From NCBI RefSeq assembly GCF_006345805.1, contig NC_043010.1, forward strand, positions 44,516,001-44,580,000: a stretch of 64,000 nucleotides of DNA, in the 5' to 3' direction. Position 1 is the stretch's first letter. Each line of letters opens with the position of its first letter. Positions 37,723 through 51,641 of the stretch are shown piece by piece. This stretch comes from Octopus sinensis (lineage: Eukaryota). The notes under the pieces were generated by a model, which saw only the letters and a program-made list of their open reading frames with translations, made no database searches and had not been told where the DNA came from. Made by a program: the position numbers and the translations under genes.

Positions 37723-38774
37723 TTTGCGTGAAATACCTGACAAGCTAGGTTTGTTCTACAAGCCTGTGACACTTTAAGTGGGATGGAGCCAAGTCAAACT
37801 TATTAAAAATGTGTAACTCTTACCAAATGTGTTAAGAATGCTATTTTCCTTTGGTTGTTCATTCAGTCATATATATATTGTTAGTGGCTGTCATTTGTAG
37901 GTCAGTGATAAGTTCTTCTGTTCCAAGGATGTTTTGGAACAAAATGTCCTAGACAGTGAGTAAGGCTCCTGGTGTCATCCACCCACCACCAGACTGCCTC
38001 TCTGGGCTTCCACACCAAGTACCAAGTGATGTACAAGAGTGCAACAAGCAGTGTCAACTTTGAGGCTGCCTGCAGTAGCATATCACTTGTTAGTTGACAC
38101 CCAACTGTTGTCTGAGCTTCTGGTTGGCCATAATAACCTGCAAACTGCTAGTCTAGGACTCTGCTTTGTTAGTTATCCAACAATGTCCATATATCATATA
38201 TATACATGTATATATATTTCTTTATTACCCACAAAGGGTTAAACACAGAGGGGACAAACAAGGACAGACAAAAGGATTAAGTCAATTACATCGACCCCAG
38301 TGCGTAACTGGTACTTAATTTATCGACCCCAAAAGGATGAAAGGCAAAGTCGACCTTGGAACGTAACAACAGACGAAATACGGCAGCGCATTTCGCCCGG
38401 CATCCTAACGTTTCTGCCAGCTCGCCACTTGTATACATGTATATATGTATATACATATATGTATATATACACACACACAGAGGGAGAAAGAGAGAGACAG
38501 CTGTTGGATTTGCCGACTATTCAAGATGTCTGGAACGAAGCCATCAAGTGGAACTAAGAGTAGTAGTGCAAAAAAAAAAAAAATAATAAAAAAGGAACCT
38601 TTAGAAAATTATACTGGACATCAAGCTTGATGTTTTAAAAAGGCTTGGTGTGGGGTGGTGGTAGAAATCAGTCACATTGCCAAAACATTAAAGTTTATGA
38701 TCTGCACAGAAAGAAAATTAAGTCAAGTGTTCAAGAAGCTACTCTGTTAACTGTCCAGACCTTATTTTTTTCAT

Positions 38775-39574
38775 AGATATAATGTTACACCAGAAATAGG
38801 GCAATTTTGAGGTACAGTAACCACTTGCCATATCGTACTTCATGTATCATGCCCTCAGTACATTGTAGATTTTTCTGGCTAATATATGTAAATTTATATC
38901 ATGGTAAATATTTCTGTGGTAAAATAAGCATTTTCACGCCTAAAAATTAATAAATTAATAAATAGAAATACAGTGCAGTACTGCACTGTTTAACACATTA
39001 ATTAAAATATATTTAAAGAAAACAATTGTAGATGAGTAAACAGATATAATGTTACACCTGAAATAGGGCAATTTTGAGGTACAGTAACCACTTGCCATAT
39101 CGTACTTCATGTATCATGCCCTCAGTACATTGTGGATTTTTCTGGCTAATATATGTAAATTATATCATGGTAAATATTTCTGTGGTAAAATAAGCATTTT
39201 CACGCCTAAAAATTAATAAATTAATAAATAGAAATACAGTGCAGTACTGCACTGTTTAACACATTAATTAAAATATATTTAAAGAAAACAATTGTAGATG
39301 AGTAAACAGATATAATGTTACACCTGAAATAGGGCAATTTTGAGGTACAGTAACCACTTGCCATATCGTACTTCATGTATCATGCCCTCAGTACATTGTG
39401 GATTTTTCTGGCTAATATATGTAAATTTATATCATGGTAAATATTTCTGTGGTAAAATAAACATTTTCACACCTAAAAATTAATAAATTAATAAATAGAA
39501 ATACAGTGCAGTACTGCACTGTTTAACACATTAATTAAAATATATTTAAAGAAAATAATTGTAGATGAGTTAAC
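38775..39574. repeat. Three tandem copies of a ~267-bp unit
   Basis: Units start at 38775, 39042 and 39308 and are nearly identical. Confidence 0.97.
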
Positions 39575-39782
39575 AAAGAATTGCACATACTGTATGGAAA
39601 GCGAAACTTGGAAGGGGAGTGTGTAGTGTTGTTTTGCATTTATAATAAAATAAATATATACAAATTATAAAAAAAAAAATATATATATATACAGTACTGT
39701 TTCTACTTCATGGATTTTCACCTATTGTGGGGTGGGGTGGGGGTGGAATGTAACATCCGTGATAGTCAAGGGATTACTGTAT

Positions 39783-40478
39783 ATGGATCAAGGATAAGAT
39801 TCAGCACAATGTACCAATAAGCACTATGGTAATTAAAAAAGTGCCAGAAGTTTATGTGATGATTTCCAGAAAAAGGAAGGTGGAACTTTTAATAAAAAAT
39901 GTTTCCTGGCTAGTAAAGACTGGTCTGAAAAGTTTAAGAAATTTTGAATTTGCACAACTGATGAAACTGCCAGTTTTGATACAAAGGCTGCCACTAATTA
40001 TTCTGAGCAGCTGAAGAAAAATGGTTGCTCAGTGAGGCAACATATCAGAGTGATTATACAATGTTGATGAAATTGCACTTTTGTAGAAGCTCGTGCCTAC
40101 TAGAACTATTATCTCTCACAAAGAAGAATCAACACCATGATTTAGAGCTTCCAAAAAATCACCTGACATTTCTTCTCTGCTGGTAATAGGAAATTGAAGT
40201 CCCTACTTGTGTTGCTCCAAAAATTCATGGGTTTCAAGAGTTATGCAAAGTTAATTTGCCTCTGATTTGGCATTCAAATAAGGCATGGATGACTAAGAAT
40301 CTTTTCATAGAGTTCTTTTACAAACATTTTATGTCCTGCCATAATATTTTTAATAAAACATTACTCCTTTTAGACAATGTACCAAACCACCCATTGAAAT
40401 TAAATGAGCTTTCTGATGATGTGAGAGTAGACTATATCCCCAAGAAAGCAACTTTTTGCTCCAGCCAATAGATCATTC
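39783..40478 (+). mobile_element. Tigger/pogo (DDE_1) transposase relic, preceded by a Tigger-type end (…gggattactgta)
   Basis: FLASK.W..KFK, YNVDE.AL..K..P.RTYIS, N.KAWMT…F, LLLLDN.P.HP and QP.D motifs. Confidence 0.9.
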
Positions 40479-43400
40479 ATATATTCATGCATATATATTT
40501 TTTCTCCCCCTTGACCAAAAACATTTCCCCACCCTTTTCCCTCCACATTATTTTTTTTCTAATACCACTCCCCTTGTTAATTTCTGTGATTCAGCCAAAA
40601 CAGCCCTATTGAATACTACCGATCAAATGACCGTACTTAAATTCCTCATTCTCTCTTGCTTTCTTCATGCACACATAAGACAGCAAATCACCAGATGTCT
40701 TGATCCTTTCTTAACTCCTCAATGACATTCAGCATCTGAAGATCATTTCTCAACATTTCGTCTCCTGTCTTTGTGGATCTTCCTCTACTGCATGTTCCTT
40801 CTGCAATTAGAGATTGGCATTTCTTTATGCAGTTGTTCTCATCTATGCACATCACATGACAATACAAGCACTATCTTCTGTCTTGCACACTACATCTGAT
40901 GGCTCTTATTTTCAATTTTTCTCTTAAGACATTTGCACTTTGTCAGACATGCTCAGTGAATTCAAAAGCAGAAAAACTCCAAAGGGCATGTCGTGGGAAA
41001 ACAAACTTTTTAACCATACAGTCATGCATATGTGTGTGTGTGTGTGTGTTGCAGTAAAATTTGACAATTCGTTTCATTCATTTATTGTTTTGATTTAGAA
41101 AGACCAATACAGGGTGTTGTCATTTAGCCTTGGTCAACTTTGATTCAGCAGTTCTAAGATGAAAGACATTCTATCCATGACTATTCTGTCTTTTTTAAGC
41201 GTAGTGTATCTGGATTTCCTGATTTAATATATTCTTTCTTTTCCCAAAACATAAGTATAATTTGAAAATTTGAAGAGGTCATTGCTTACTATTTCTAGCA
41301 AGTTGAGTAACTATGTAAAGGTTGCTATATCGGCTTAGGGGGCTTATTCATTGGTTTTTAAATTAGAATGTTAGTGGATATTGAATGAAATTAGTAAAGG
41401 TAATATGAAACTTTATAGTTTGATGTTAATATTTATTTAGCATGAATGTATGGAAGAGAATAAGCAAATGCCACAAATAGTTACAAGATGAACATGTTGC
41501 AGAATTATTTGGCCATCGGACTTGGACCACTATATCTGAAGTGAGAAAAAAAACTCAAGAATACAATTGCAGTTTGCTAGAATATTACCAATATTTAAAA
41601 AAAATCTGACCATTCAAGACTATGTGTAGCACTGGATCTCACAACAATTTCATCTTTGGCATGCTTTTTCTGAGCAAGACCACCTCCATATATTCAGCAC
41701 ATTTTAGGAGATGACAGACAGAAGACTAGATACAAAAACGACTGTCAGCAGACAATAGCAGAACTAACAGATGGGCAAAATGCTGTCACAGCACAAAAAG
41801 AATGGATGGATAGCGAGGGCAACACACAATGATCAGCTAACATCAAGGAACCCATGACAGCAACTACTATCATATGTAGTCCAAGAACAATAAACTTTGA
41901 ACTATCTCAATGTTTGTCCTTCATAGTAATGACAACATTTTTCTGTTTACAATATAAAGAAATATTTTCTGACCTTACCACTCACATTTTGCCAAAAAAA
42001 AATCTTTTGCTTCATGTAAAATCAGAAAATGCTTTTCATGAACAATGCAAGCTAAACATGAAGTAGAATGTTTGAATTATTAAAAATGAATAAAAATATA
42101 ATAAGCTCTATAGAATGATAATAAAAATTACAACAACCTATTTGTATGTCACAAATGGTTATAAAGAAAGCTAAGTCATACTTGATTGTCTTTTCCATCC
42201 TTTATGATGTGAGCTTTGTTGTGCCCAAACTTGAAAACACTTTATATAAGTTTATTGATTTAACATTTTCTGCTTATGTAAATAGATTGGCTCTAACATA
42301 GGCGTAGGAGTGGCTGTGTGGTAAGTAGCTTGTTTACCAACCACATGGTTCCGGGTTCAATCCCACTGTGTGGCACCTTGGGCAAGTGTCTTCTACTATA
42401 GCCTCGGGCCAACCAAAGCCTTGTGAGTGGATTTGGTAGACGGAAACTGAAAGAAGCCAGTCGTATATATGTATATATATATGTGTGTGTGTTTGTGTGT
42501 CTGTGTTTGTCCCCCTAGCATTGCTTGACAACCGATGCTAGTGTGTTTATGTCCCCGTTACTTAGCGGTTCGGGAAAGAGACTGCTAGAATAAGTACTGG
42601 GCTTACAAAAGAATAAGTCCCGGGGTCGAGTTGCTCGATTAAAGGCGGTGCTCCAGCATGGTCGCAGTCAAATGACTGAAACAAGTAAAAGAGTAACATG
42701 AGCAAATTCTTTAAAAAGATATATAAAAATACAATTGAATTTTTATAATACTGTTTCAAAACTTCTGTCAATTCTATTTCTTGTCATTCTCTTTCTTTTG
42801 CAATTTATTCAGTGTTTTAACTAGTGATGTAACTCATGAGTTGTTTTATTAATCATCAGAAATTAATAGAAAAATAATTTCTGTGGCTGTTTGGTTAAGA
42901 AGCTCACTTTGCAACCACATGGTTTCAAGTTCACCACATGGCACCTCTTTTACTATAACCTCAGGCAGACCAGTGCCTTGTCAGTAAATTTGGTAGATGG
43001 AAACAGTCTGGAAACCTGTCACATATACATGTATATGTGTGTGTGTTTTTATATCAGTGTTTACCTCCTCCCCACTCACTCGACAACTGGCATTGGTTTG
43101 TTTATGTTCTTGTAACTTAGCGGCCCAGCAAAAGAGACCAAAAAAATAAGTACTTAGGTTCATTTGTTTGACAACAACCCTTCAAGGCCACAGTCCAATG
43201 ACAGAAACAAGTAAAAGAAAAGTAAATTAGAATTTCTTTTGTTAATTAATAATCTAATAATATTTTTATAGAAGAAAACAAATGAATTAGGGATATTCAC
43301 CAAAATGCTTGAAGACTTGATGATCTACATGAGGTATCAAATAACCATCATGCATATGCTATAACACTTTTGGAGACTTGATCTGTATGAAAAAGCATAC

Positions 43401-43749
43401 TTTCTGATGAAGGGATCTGGCTAAAATGTTAGAATATTTTCATTGCAGTTGTGGCACTATGTCTAAAAATAAGCTTATTGCAAGATACTTTTAAAGTAAT
43501 ATCACTGGATTAGTTGTATGGATTAGGTGTTTTGACAAGGATTTTTATCATGAGAATTTGATTTGTGAATTGTGAATTTCCATCCCATTACAGGTATTTT
43601 ATTTTTTTTTACTTGAAAAATTTATTAAGATGAATTGTAAAGTCATTAGAGTATCAGATTGACTATCTTGTGATATTTGTTCTGACTTTGAGATAAAATC
43701 CCACCAAGGTCAACTTTGTCTTCATCCTTTCAGCGTCGATAGAAAAAAT

Positions 43750-44560
43750 ACCAACCTAGGGTAGTTGGTGTAAGGTCTGGTGAATATAATGGATGGCAGA
43801 GTACTTCCAAGTTCAGTTCCTGTAACTTGAGTGGCGTTCTTTGTGCAACATGATGTCAAGTATTGTCTTGCAAGAGAATTGGCTGATCTCTATTGACCAA
43901 TCACAGTTGTTTAATTACAAGTTCACTCATCATTTCATCCAATTGGTTGATGTATACATCCGCTGTAATTGACTTAGGTCTCATGAAGCTATAGTAGATG
44001 ACACCAGCGCTGGACCACCAAACAGACACCATTAGCTTTTTTTGGTGAATATTTTTTTGGGGATTGTGTTTTGACACTTCATCTCTATCCAACCACCATA
44101 TAGAACGCTTACTATTGTTGAAAATAATCCATTTTTCATCACATGTAACAATACAATGCAAACATGGTCTGCTTTTATGCCATGATAGCAAAGAACAGCA
44201 AGTTTCAAATTGACGTGTCATTTAATGCTCGTTCAGTTTATGTGGTACCCACTTGTCTAGCTTGTTTACCATGCCGATTCGTTTCAGATGGTCCAATACA
44301 GCTGGAATTGGAACCTCAAACCGTGCTGCTAACTCATGCATAGCTTGAGATGTATCCTCTTCCACTACAGTTTCCAGCTCATCATTATCCAGCTTGGTCT
44401 TAGGTCTACCAAGGGGCTGATTTTCAAGAGTAAAGTCACCAGACCAGAACTTCTCAAACCATCGATGCAGAGTGCCCTTATTTGCCACATCTTCACCAAA
44501 CACCTCTTTGATGTTTTGAGCTTTCTGAAGAAAATCGGACATTTCATTCTTAATGACCTG
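43750..44560 (-). mobile_element. mariner transposase pseudogene
   Basis: RWFEKF.SGD..LE…GRP, KWVPH.L, IVTCDEKWI, LLQDN and YSPDL motifs with stops. Confidence 0.95.
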
Positions 44561-44564
44561 ATAG

Positions 44565-44612
<48 letters not shown>

Positions 44613-47600
44613 ACACACAACTCATATATAATGCAGAAAACAGGAAGTAATGATATAGAAGGGTATTAATAGTACTCTCAAATTATTTGTCTCTTGTATG
44701 TAATATTTGTTTGACTGGGGTCTTCTATCAGCCAGCTTTTTACCCTTTCAACCCCAAACATCCAATTAGTCACCATGTGGTTTCATCATAAGCAATTAGA
44801 AAAATCCTGAACAGAATGGAAACTTCCTTATGTTGTTTATTTTACTCCCTTTATTTTGTTAGTGTTTATCTTATTTTTCTCATTATTTATTTGATTGCTG
44901 CTGATCATGAAAATGACTGATGTATTTATAAGACAGTGTCATTTGTTGGTTAAGTATTTTGCAGTAATTATAGCCTGACCTTAGCTGTTTACTACAACCA
45001 CTACTACTTCTGCCAGCACCACCACCACCACTACCACCACCTCCACTACCACCACCTCCACTACTGTTGTACATGTGTGTATGAACACACAAAATATACA
45101 CACTGCAATACTATGCACATGCACTGTAGAAAAACTATTCACATATTTGTATTTACATATATATTTCATACAATGTTACATTAATTTTCCAACACACATT
45201 CATATATAAATATTCATTCACATGATATGAAGCCAAAAAGATTTGAATACACTCAATCCTACCACACATTCTGAAATATTTAAACAAAGAATTTCAGAAA
45301 ACATTCTTGGTTTTGATTATTTTTTATATTTTTATAGAAATGTTTACTGACAAAGTGCAAATGTCCCACATTTAGTTCTAATTACTGTGTTTGTGTTGGC
45401 TGCTGAGGGAAAATACATAAAAATAATATAATAGCATTGTCATTTGCCTCTATGACCATTTTACTATTTATACATAATGAATTGGGATAAGACTTTACAG
45501 TCTGAGTTGAAACAGTTCCACCATAGAAACCAAACATTTATACCCTAACATGCTTCAAAATTTCATGAGTTACTATGAAATATTTATCCCACTTTTCAGA
45601 GACAGGTGAATATCTTCTTAAGTGGCTAAAATTTAATATAAGCAGAAGGTGGACAGCTACAGTTGAAGCAACACTTCTGCCATATAGGTAACATGACCTA
45701 AGCATATAATTTTCTTAAATCATCATCATCAGCATTATTTTAATAGCAATGTAAAAAATATCTTATTATGTGTTGTATCAGTCAACAGCAAAGTATTTTA
45801 AAGATGTCATGATCCTGTATCATTTCAATACCTTCTAGACTGAGCTTTCTCACTGCTCTGTAGACTGTAGAGCCGAGTCAACAAATTTGGAATAGAACTG
45901 CATATTTTTAATCAAAAGCTTCTTTTGTAACCATTATCAAAAATGGTCTCTATGGTTTCACATCCTCTGTGAACCACAAACCAATTGTTTTTATTATCTT
46001 AAGTTTGAGACACTTGTTATTTCTGTCAGTTGTAAATAAATAGCAGGGATAATGCATCCACATTTTGCTCCTTAAGAGAAGGCCTAATATTATGGGTTCA
46101 TGGTAGTAATTGCTATGGACTTACTTGATGTGAAATTACTACAATTTGGTTGCTGATGTTGAATAACTCCATTTATTATTCAAGTAAGTATCGAGAGAAT
46201 GTTATGGGAACAACATTTTCTGAACGCATAGTGACTCTGTGGTAAGTAGCTTGCTTGCGAACCACATGGTTCCGGGTTCAATCCCACTGCGTGTTACCTT
46301 GGGCAAGTGTCTTCTACTATAGCATCGGGCCGACCAAAGCCTTGTGAGTGGATTTGGTAGACAGAAACTGAAAGAAGCCTGTCGTATATATGTATATATA
46401 TATGTGTATGTTTGTGTGTTGTGTTTGTCCCCCCCAACATTGCTTGACAACCGATGCTGGTGTGTTTGCGTCCCCGAAACTTAGCGGTTCGGCAAAAGAG
46501 ACCGATAGAATAAGTACTAGGCTTACAAAGAATAAGTCCTGGGGTCGATTTCCTCGACTAAAGGCAGTGCTTCAGCATGACCACAGTCAGATGACTGAAA
46601 CAAGTAAATGAGTATGCACACACACATGCACAGAAGCAACATAACAAAATCAAATTACGCATGTACACTGGGATAAGTTACAGATGCTCCATTCTCTGTC
46701 TCATCTATTGTTTTTCAAGCAAGTTGTTTAATTCATTTTGGTGGAAAAATTTAATTTAGAAAATGAAGCAATTGATTAATAAATTCTACTTAGGTGCAAC
46801 CACCACTTTTCAGAGCGATATAAAATGTATCTTTGACTTTGAAGATGGTATTTTGTCTCTTTTTATACGTTTTTGTCCAGGAAGGACTGGCAGTAACCAT
46901 AGGTTGTTGTTGATATTTAGTTTTAACTTTTACAAGTTGATGCTTGTTGGGAATGTGTGGACAGGGAGGAATTTCAGAGAGTTGTAGCTTTCAAGAAGAA
47001 GGTTTGAATAATTTAATGTTGGGTTTTGGGATTATGACAAAATCCGTGAGTCAATCAGGTAGTATACAGTTGCTACATCAGAAAAGCAAGTCCTATAATA
47101 ACAGTAATAAAAGAGATAAAAAATAGATACAGTGCATTAGTTGCAACTGGTTGTATTGTGTTGGTAAGTGAAGGTTCTTGGCTTCACTATGATTTCTAAC
47201 ATGGGCACAATGCCACATTTTGGTGAAGGTTATAGTTAATTAGATCAATCTCTGTACTTGATTGAACTTATTTTATTGACTTGCTCTGATCTGAACTCAG
47301 AATGTAACTAAATACAGAAGAGGATTAATGATGATGATGATTTCTTAAGCACAGTGGTGTTTTTGTTAGTTTACTGATAAAGATGATACATTGGCTGAAT
47401 TGTGTCAGGGTAGTCTTGTGGTATTTCGGGCCCTATGTTTTGTGTGCAAATCCTACTGAGGTTAACTTTGCCTTTCATCCCTCTGAGGTCAACAAATAAA
47501 GTACCAGTCATTAACTAGGTCAATGTAATTGACTAATCCCCTCTCCTCAAGATTACTCTCTTTGATTCTAAATTAGAAACAATTATTTTAATGGTATTTA

Positions 47601-48983
47601 TTTTATGAATGATAAAGTTAAAATCTGATTAGTATGACAAAGTGCTTGATATTTTAAAGTCTCTTGTAAAGTTTTTACTGCTTGCACTTATACTAATGCT
47701 AATACTGATCGAATTGATGATGACAATGACGATGATGACAATGATAATAATGATTATTATTTTCCTATGTGCATGAAATAGTACAACTGATATTCTAGAT
47801 TATGGACCTAAATGCTGACAAGATAATAACTGTTAATTAACCCTTTAGCATTCAGATTACTCTGTCAAATGTAATCCCTATTTATATCATTTTGAATTAA
47901 TCATGCATTATTATGTAGCTTCAAGATTTCAATGATGTGATTGTTTATTTTTAGAATGACATTGTAGGATGAATCTAGTCAGTTTGAATGTAAAACAGGA
48001 AGAATATTTTGGGCTGGATCTGGCTGGTTTAAATGCCAAAGGTTTAACCTGAATGAGTTGTCAAAGACTAAAGAAAATATGGCATGCACTTTAACTGACA
48101 TGGAACATTAAATAGACAGAAAAGCTGAGAAAAGTCTCTGGATAGAAAGACTTGATGATAGATTTGTGGAAAATGTGAAGTATGAAACCAAGATTAATAT
48201 TTAGAATAAATGAAAGCAGTGAGCTGGCAGAATTATTAGCATGCTGGGCAAAATCCTTAGAGGCGTTTCAGCCATCTTTATGTTCTGAGTTCAAATTCTG
48301 CTGAGGTCAACTTTGCCAAAAACAGACATTGGAAGTTGGTGCAGTTCTCTGTGTCATCAGTTCCTGTCAATCCATCCAACCCATGTCAGCATGGAAAATG
48401 GATGTTAAATGATGATAATGTTGGTTACACTCACATTCATATAAAAACCATATATAATTTTAACAATGTTAATAAATAGGAATACATGCTAAAAAATTGA
48501 AAGTAAAATGTATATGAAATGAAAGTAACTTCCATTTCTTTGTTAAAAATGTGAATGTAAACTGAAAGAACTGAAATTTATTATTTTTATGCATGGAAAG
48601 AAACAATGCATACAATGTACATATATTTTAAGTTAAAATATTGCATTCATCTATACAAGAAATATGATTCACATATATCTGTTGTTCACAATTGCTAAAC
48701 TTACCCCTCCATGTGTTCATGCAGATACAATGTGAATAAAGCATCATTTGTTCTGCACTGTCACTGCAGTTTCTTCTTTGCCAACATGGTCAACTGTCAG
48801 TTGTCTGCATATGAAGTGATTTAAGTTCATTCTGTTGTTACCCTTTCAGTTTTGCATTTTGTCTTCAACATTTACTTTTATTTTAATTGCGTGCTAAAAT
48901 ATGATTTAGTATTCATTCACAAAATATGTATTTATGTGTATATGTATCTTATCTTTGTATTTAAGTCTTTTTGTTTGTGTGTA

Positions 48984-49499
48984 CCGTAAATCCTTGAGTA
49001 TAATCCGCATTTTTCCCCCAAAATTTAAAGGGCAAAATCCCTAGTGCATACTATATACAAGGTTAAAAATGAAAAAGTATTTTCTAAGCAATGTGCGAGT
49101 CTCTATTTGCTGTCTGGCAATGTTTATTCAGACGCATTTTGTGATGTCGGGCGCGAAAATACCTTAAGCTAAGCCTGAAAACAATGAAGTCATAAAAGAA
49201 TCATCCATAACTTGCAGTAAGCAACATTTATTAAAATAAAAGTATTCAGAACACAGAATAATATGTAACAAAAACAATTTGCAAACATATTTACATTCCC
49301 ATATAACAGTTAAGAACATTATTGTATTACGCATGCACGGAAGTGTTTATTTGACTAGGTGCTGCTGATTAATTACGCACGACTCAAGTTAGAGAAAGAG
49401 TGTGTATTATACACATGGTTTAGGTTTTTCAGAGGTACAGCCCCCTAAAAATACCCTGCATATTATACTCAAGGGCGGACTATACTTGAGGATTTACGG
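48984..49499. mobile_element. pogo/Tc1-type MITE with TA target duplication
   Basis: ta|ccgtaaatccttgagtataatccgc … gcggactatacttgaggatttacgg|ta. Confidence 0.9.
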
Positions 49500-50042
49500 T
49501 ATCCCTGTTTTCATATTTATTTGTCTGTGTGTTTGTGCTTTGATGTTCACTTTTACTTGTGAGTGTGCATTTCATACTATGTATGTCTTGTGAATGTTTT
49601 TATGTACTTTGTATGTATGTGAGTCTATTTCCATGTTTTGTTTGTCCTTTGTGCACTTTCAGTTATTATTAGATGTGTTTATGTGTTTGTTATGTGTATG
49701 CCTTGTGCTGTGTGTGTGTTTATTGCCATATGTATATCAGTGTTCATTTTGTGTGTGGACACATTATATTCGATTGTCTCTCTCTCTTTCATTGATGGAG
49801 ATTATTATTTTGCTTTATTGATAAAATATTTATTGATAAATTCTGTTTTGAAGATTCCAGGGCCCAGAATATCACTGGAAGTATTTAAGTGTACATTATT
49901 CAAAACATTTTTGTGCCACAACGGGTAAAATTTCTGTTATGCACAAATGGCAATACAAATTTCCAATTTTAATAGTTAGTATCAATGACAGAAACAGTAT
50001 TATTTTAAAATAGTATTCTGTATCTTATTTAACATGCATATA

Positions 50043-50448
50043 CTGTAGAAAATCACAGAGCTGCACTTTGTATCGACATATAGTGCTAAAAAACACAGAA
50101 GAATATCAGTAGTAGATGAAAAGCATGCAGCAGCACTAGAATTGCTAAATCTTGATTTGCCCATCTACTGCTTCTTTTGCTAGTAAAAATTTTTTACCAA
50201 GCGTATGATATCAGTGATTTGTTAATCATTAGTTTTCTATATCAGTTGAGGCTAAATTTGTGTAAGCATTCAGTTGCTAGTGGATGCTTTTCTACTGAAG
50301 ACATAGAAATACATAGAAATCTAGATTTAGCAATTCCACTGGATGCTTTTTGTCTGCTACTGATATTCTACTGTGCATTTTAGCAGTATATGTCCATATG
50401 AGGTGCTTTCTTGAGATGGATACTGTAACTGTGTGACTTTCTACAGAT
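50043..50448. repeat. Old foldback element with ~110-bp degenerate inverted arms
   Basis: tgtagaaaatcacag…gaatatcagtag…aattgctaaatc mirrored by gatttagcaatt…ctactgatattc…gtgactttctaca. Confidence 0.6.
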
Positions 50449-51497
50449 AATCCTCATTAAGATATACAAAATGCAATTTTAATAGTATATATATTGCTGA
50501 AGTAAATACTGTACAGAAAACGTGGTGCCCTTTTCAACAATTTGTATCAAAATTTGTATCCTAGAATATGTTTAAGAATTTTGGTTCCAAATTTTGGCAC
50601 AAGGCCAACAAGTTTGAGGGAGGGTGTTAGTCAATTAAATCAACTCCAGTGCTTAATTGGTACTTATTTTATCAACCCCGAAAGGTTGAGAGGCAAAGTC
50701 AACCTTGGCAGAATATATGTTTAATAATATTATAAAGAAAACCAAACTAACTTCTTGTTTCTATTGTTAAAGATCTTCTTGATATAGTTGCTAGCAGACT
50801 TGTTTTATAAAGATAAATTGTATGTTTTTGTTGAGAATATAATATCTGTTACTGTTTTTTATAACTTTATACTGTCAAAGATTTTGCTGGTAGATTGAAC
50901 ACCAGATAATCCTGTACATTTATAAAATTTTGTGGGTAGGATATGTTGGAGTGATTTCCCTGTTTACTGCTCTTCATCTATACTAAATGGTATAGCTATT
51001 CTTTGGAGAGGGTACATGATATTGGTAGAATAATTATGTTTTGGAACATGGATGTACATACCAACAAGATAGTTGCTAACTATCCAGCTGATTTTAAAAA
51101 TTGAATTCAGTAGCCTACTGCAAACTAACTGAAACACTCATGAATTATACAGTGTTCCATCTATACACAGCAGGGAGCTGTACCTGCTTTATGATGCTTA
51201 CCATCCATGTAAAATGCCTAATTGAAACTTTTTTTGTCATGGCTACAACACAATACCGGTGCTGGAACTGAAACTGTCAACTCCTCTATTGGTCGTTTGA
51301 AATCACCAGCACAGTCCAATCTGTTGCTGCAGGGTAGCATAGAAAGCACATCTGCACATGTGCATGTGCACTTACACACATGCATGGATGCACATGTACT
51401 TATGTAAGTATGTATGTACATGCCTGAAAATTGGGAAATGTTCTGTCATGAAAAATCTTATCCCTTCTAATGCCATGTGGTTTCTGTGAATTTCTAG

Positions 51498-51641
51498 GTT
51501 GCTGAACACATGTATGACCCTTATGATGCAGAACAAATGTTTGTGCCTTTTTCTGCATCACAGAATGTAATGAGCCAAACTTTGAAGAACCCTTATGAAA
51601 AGATTATCTGTGAAAATAATTCCATTACAGTTTCCAAACAG
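51498..51641 (+). CDS. HPS1: HPS1 exon 2 (VAEHMYDPYDAEQMFVPFSASQNVMSQTLKNPYEKIICENNSITVSKQ)
   Basis: Acceptor tttctag, donor gtaagt, 144 nt, phases 0/0; aligns by eye with the first longin domain. Confidence 0.88.

Noticed and set aside
44883-45101. ORF with GGGGSGGGGSGGGG resembling a Gly-Ser linker
   Set aside because: Product of an (ACC/ACT)n microsatellite; no splice support or conserved flanks
51222-51407. ORF ending at a good donor (gtaagt) just upstream of HPS1 exon 2
   Set aside because: No convincing acceptor, and exon 1 joins exon 2 directly with homologous spacing
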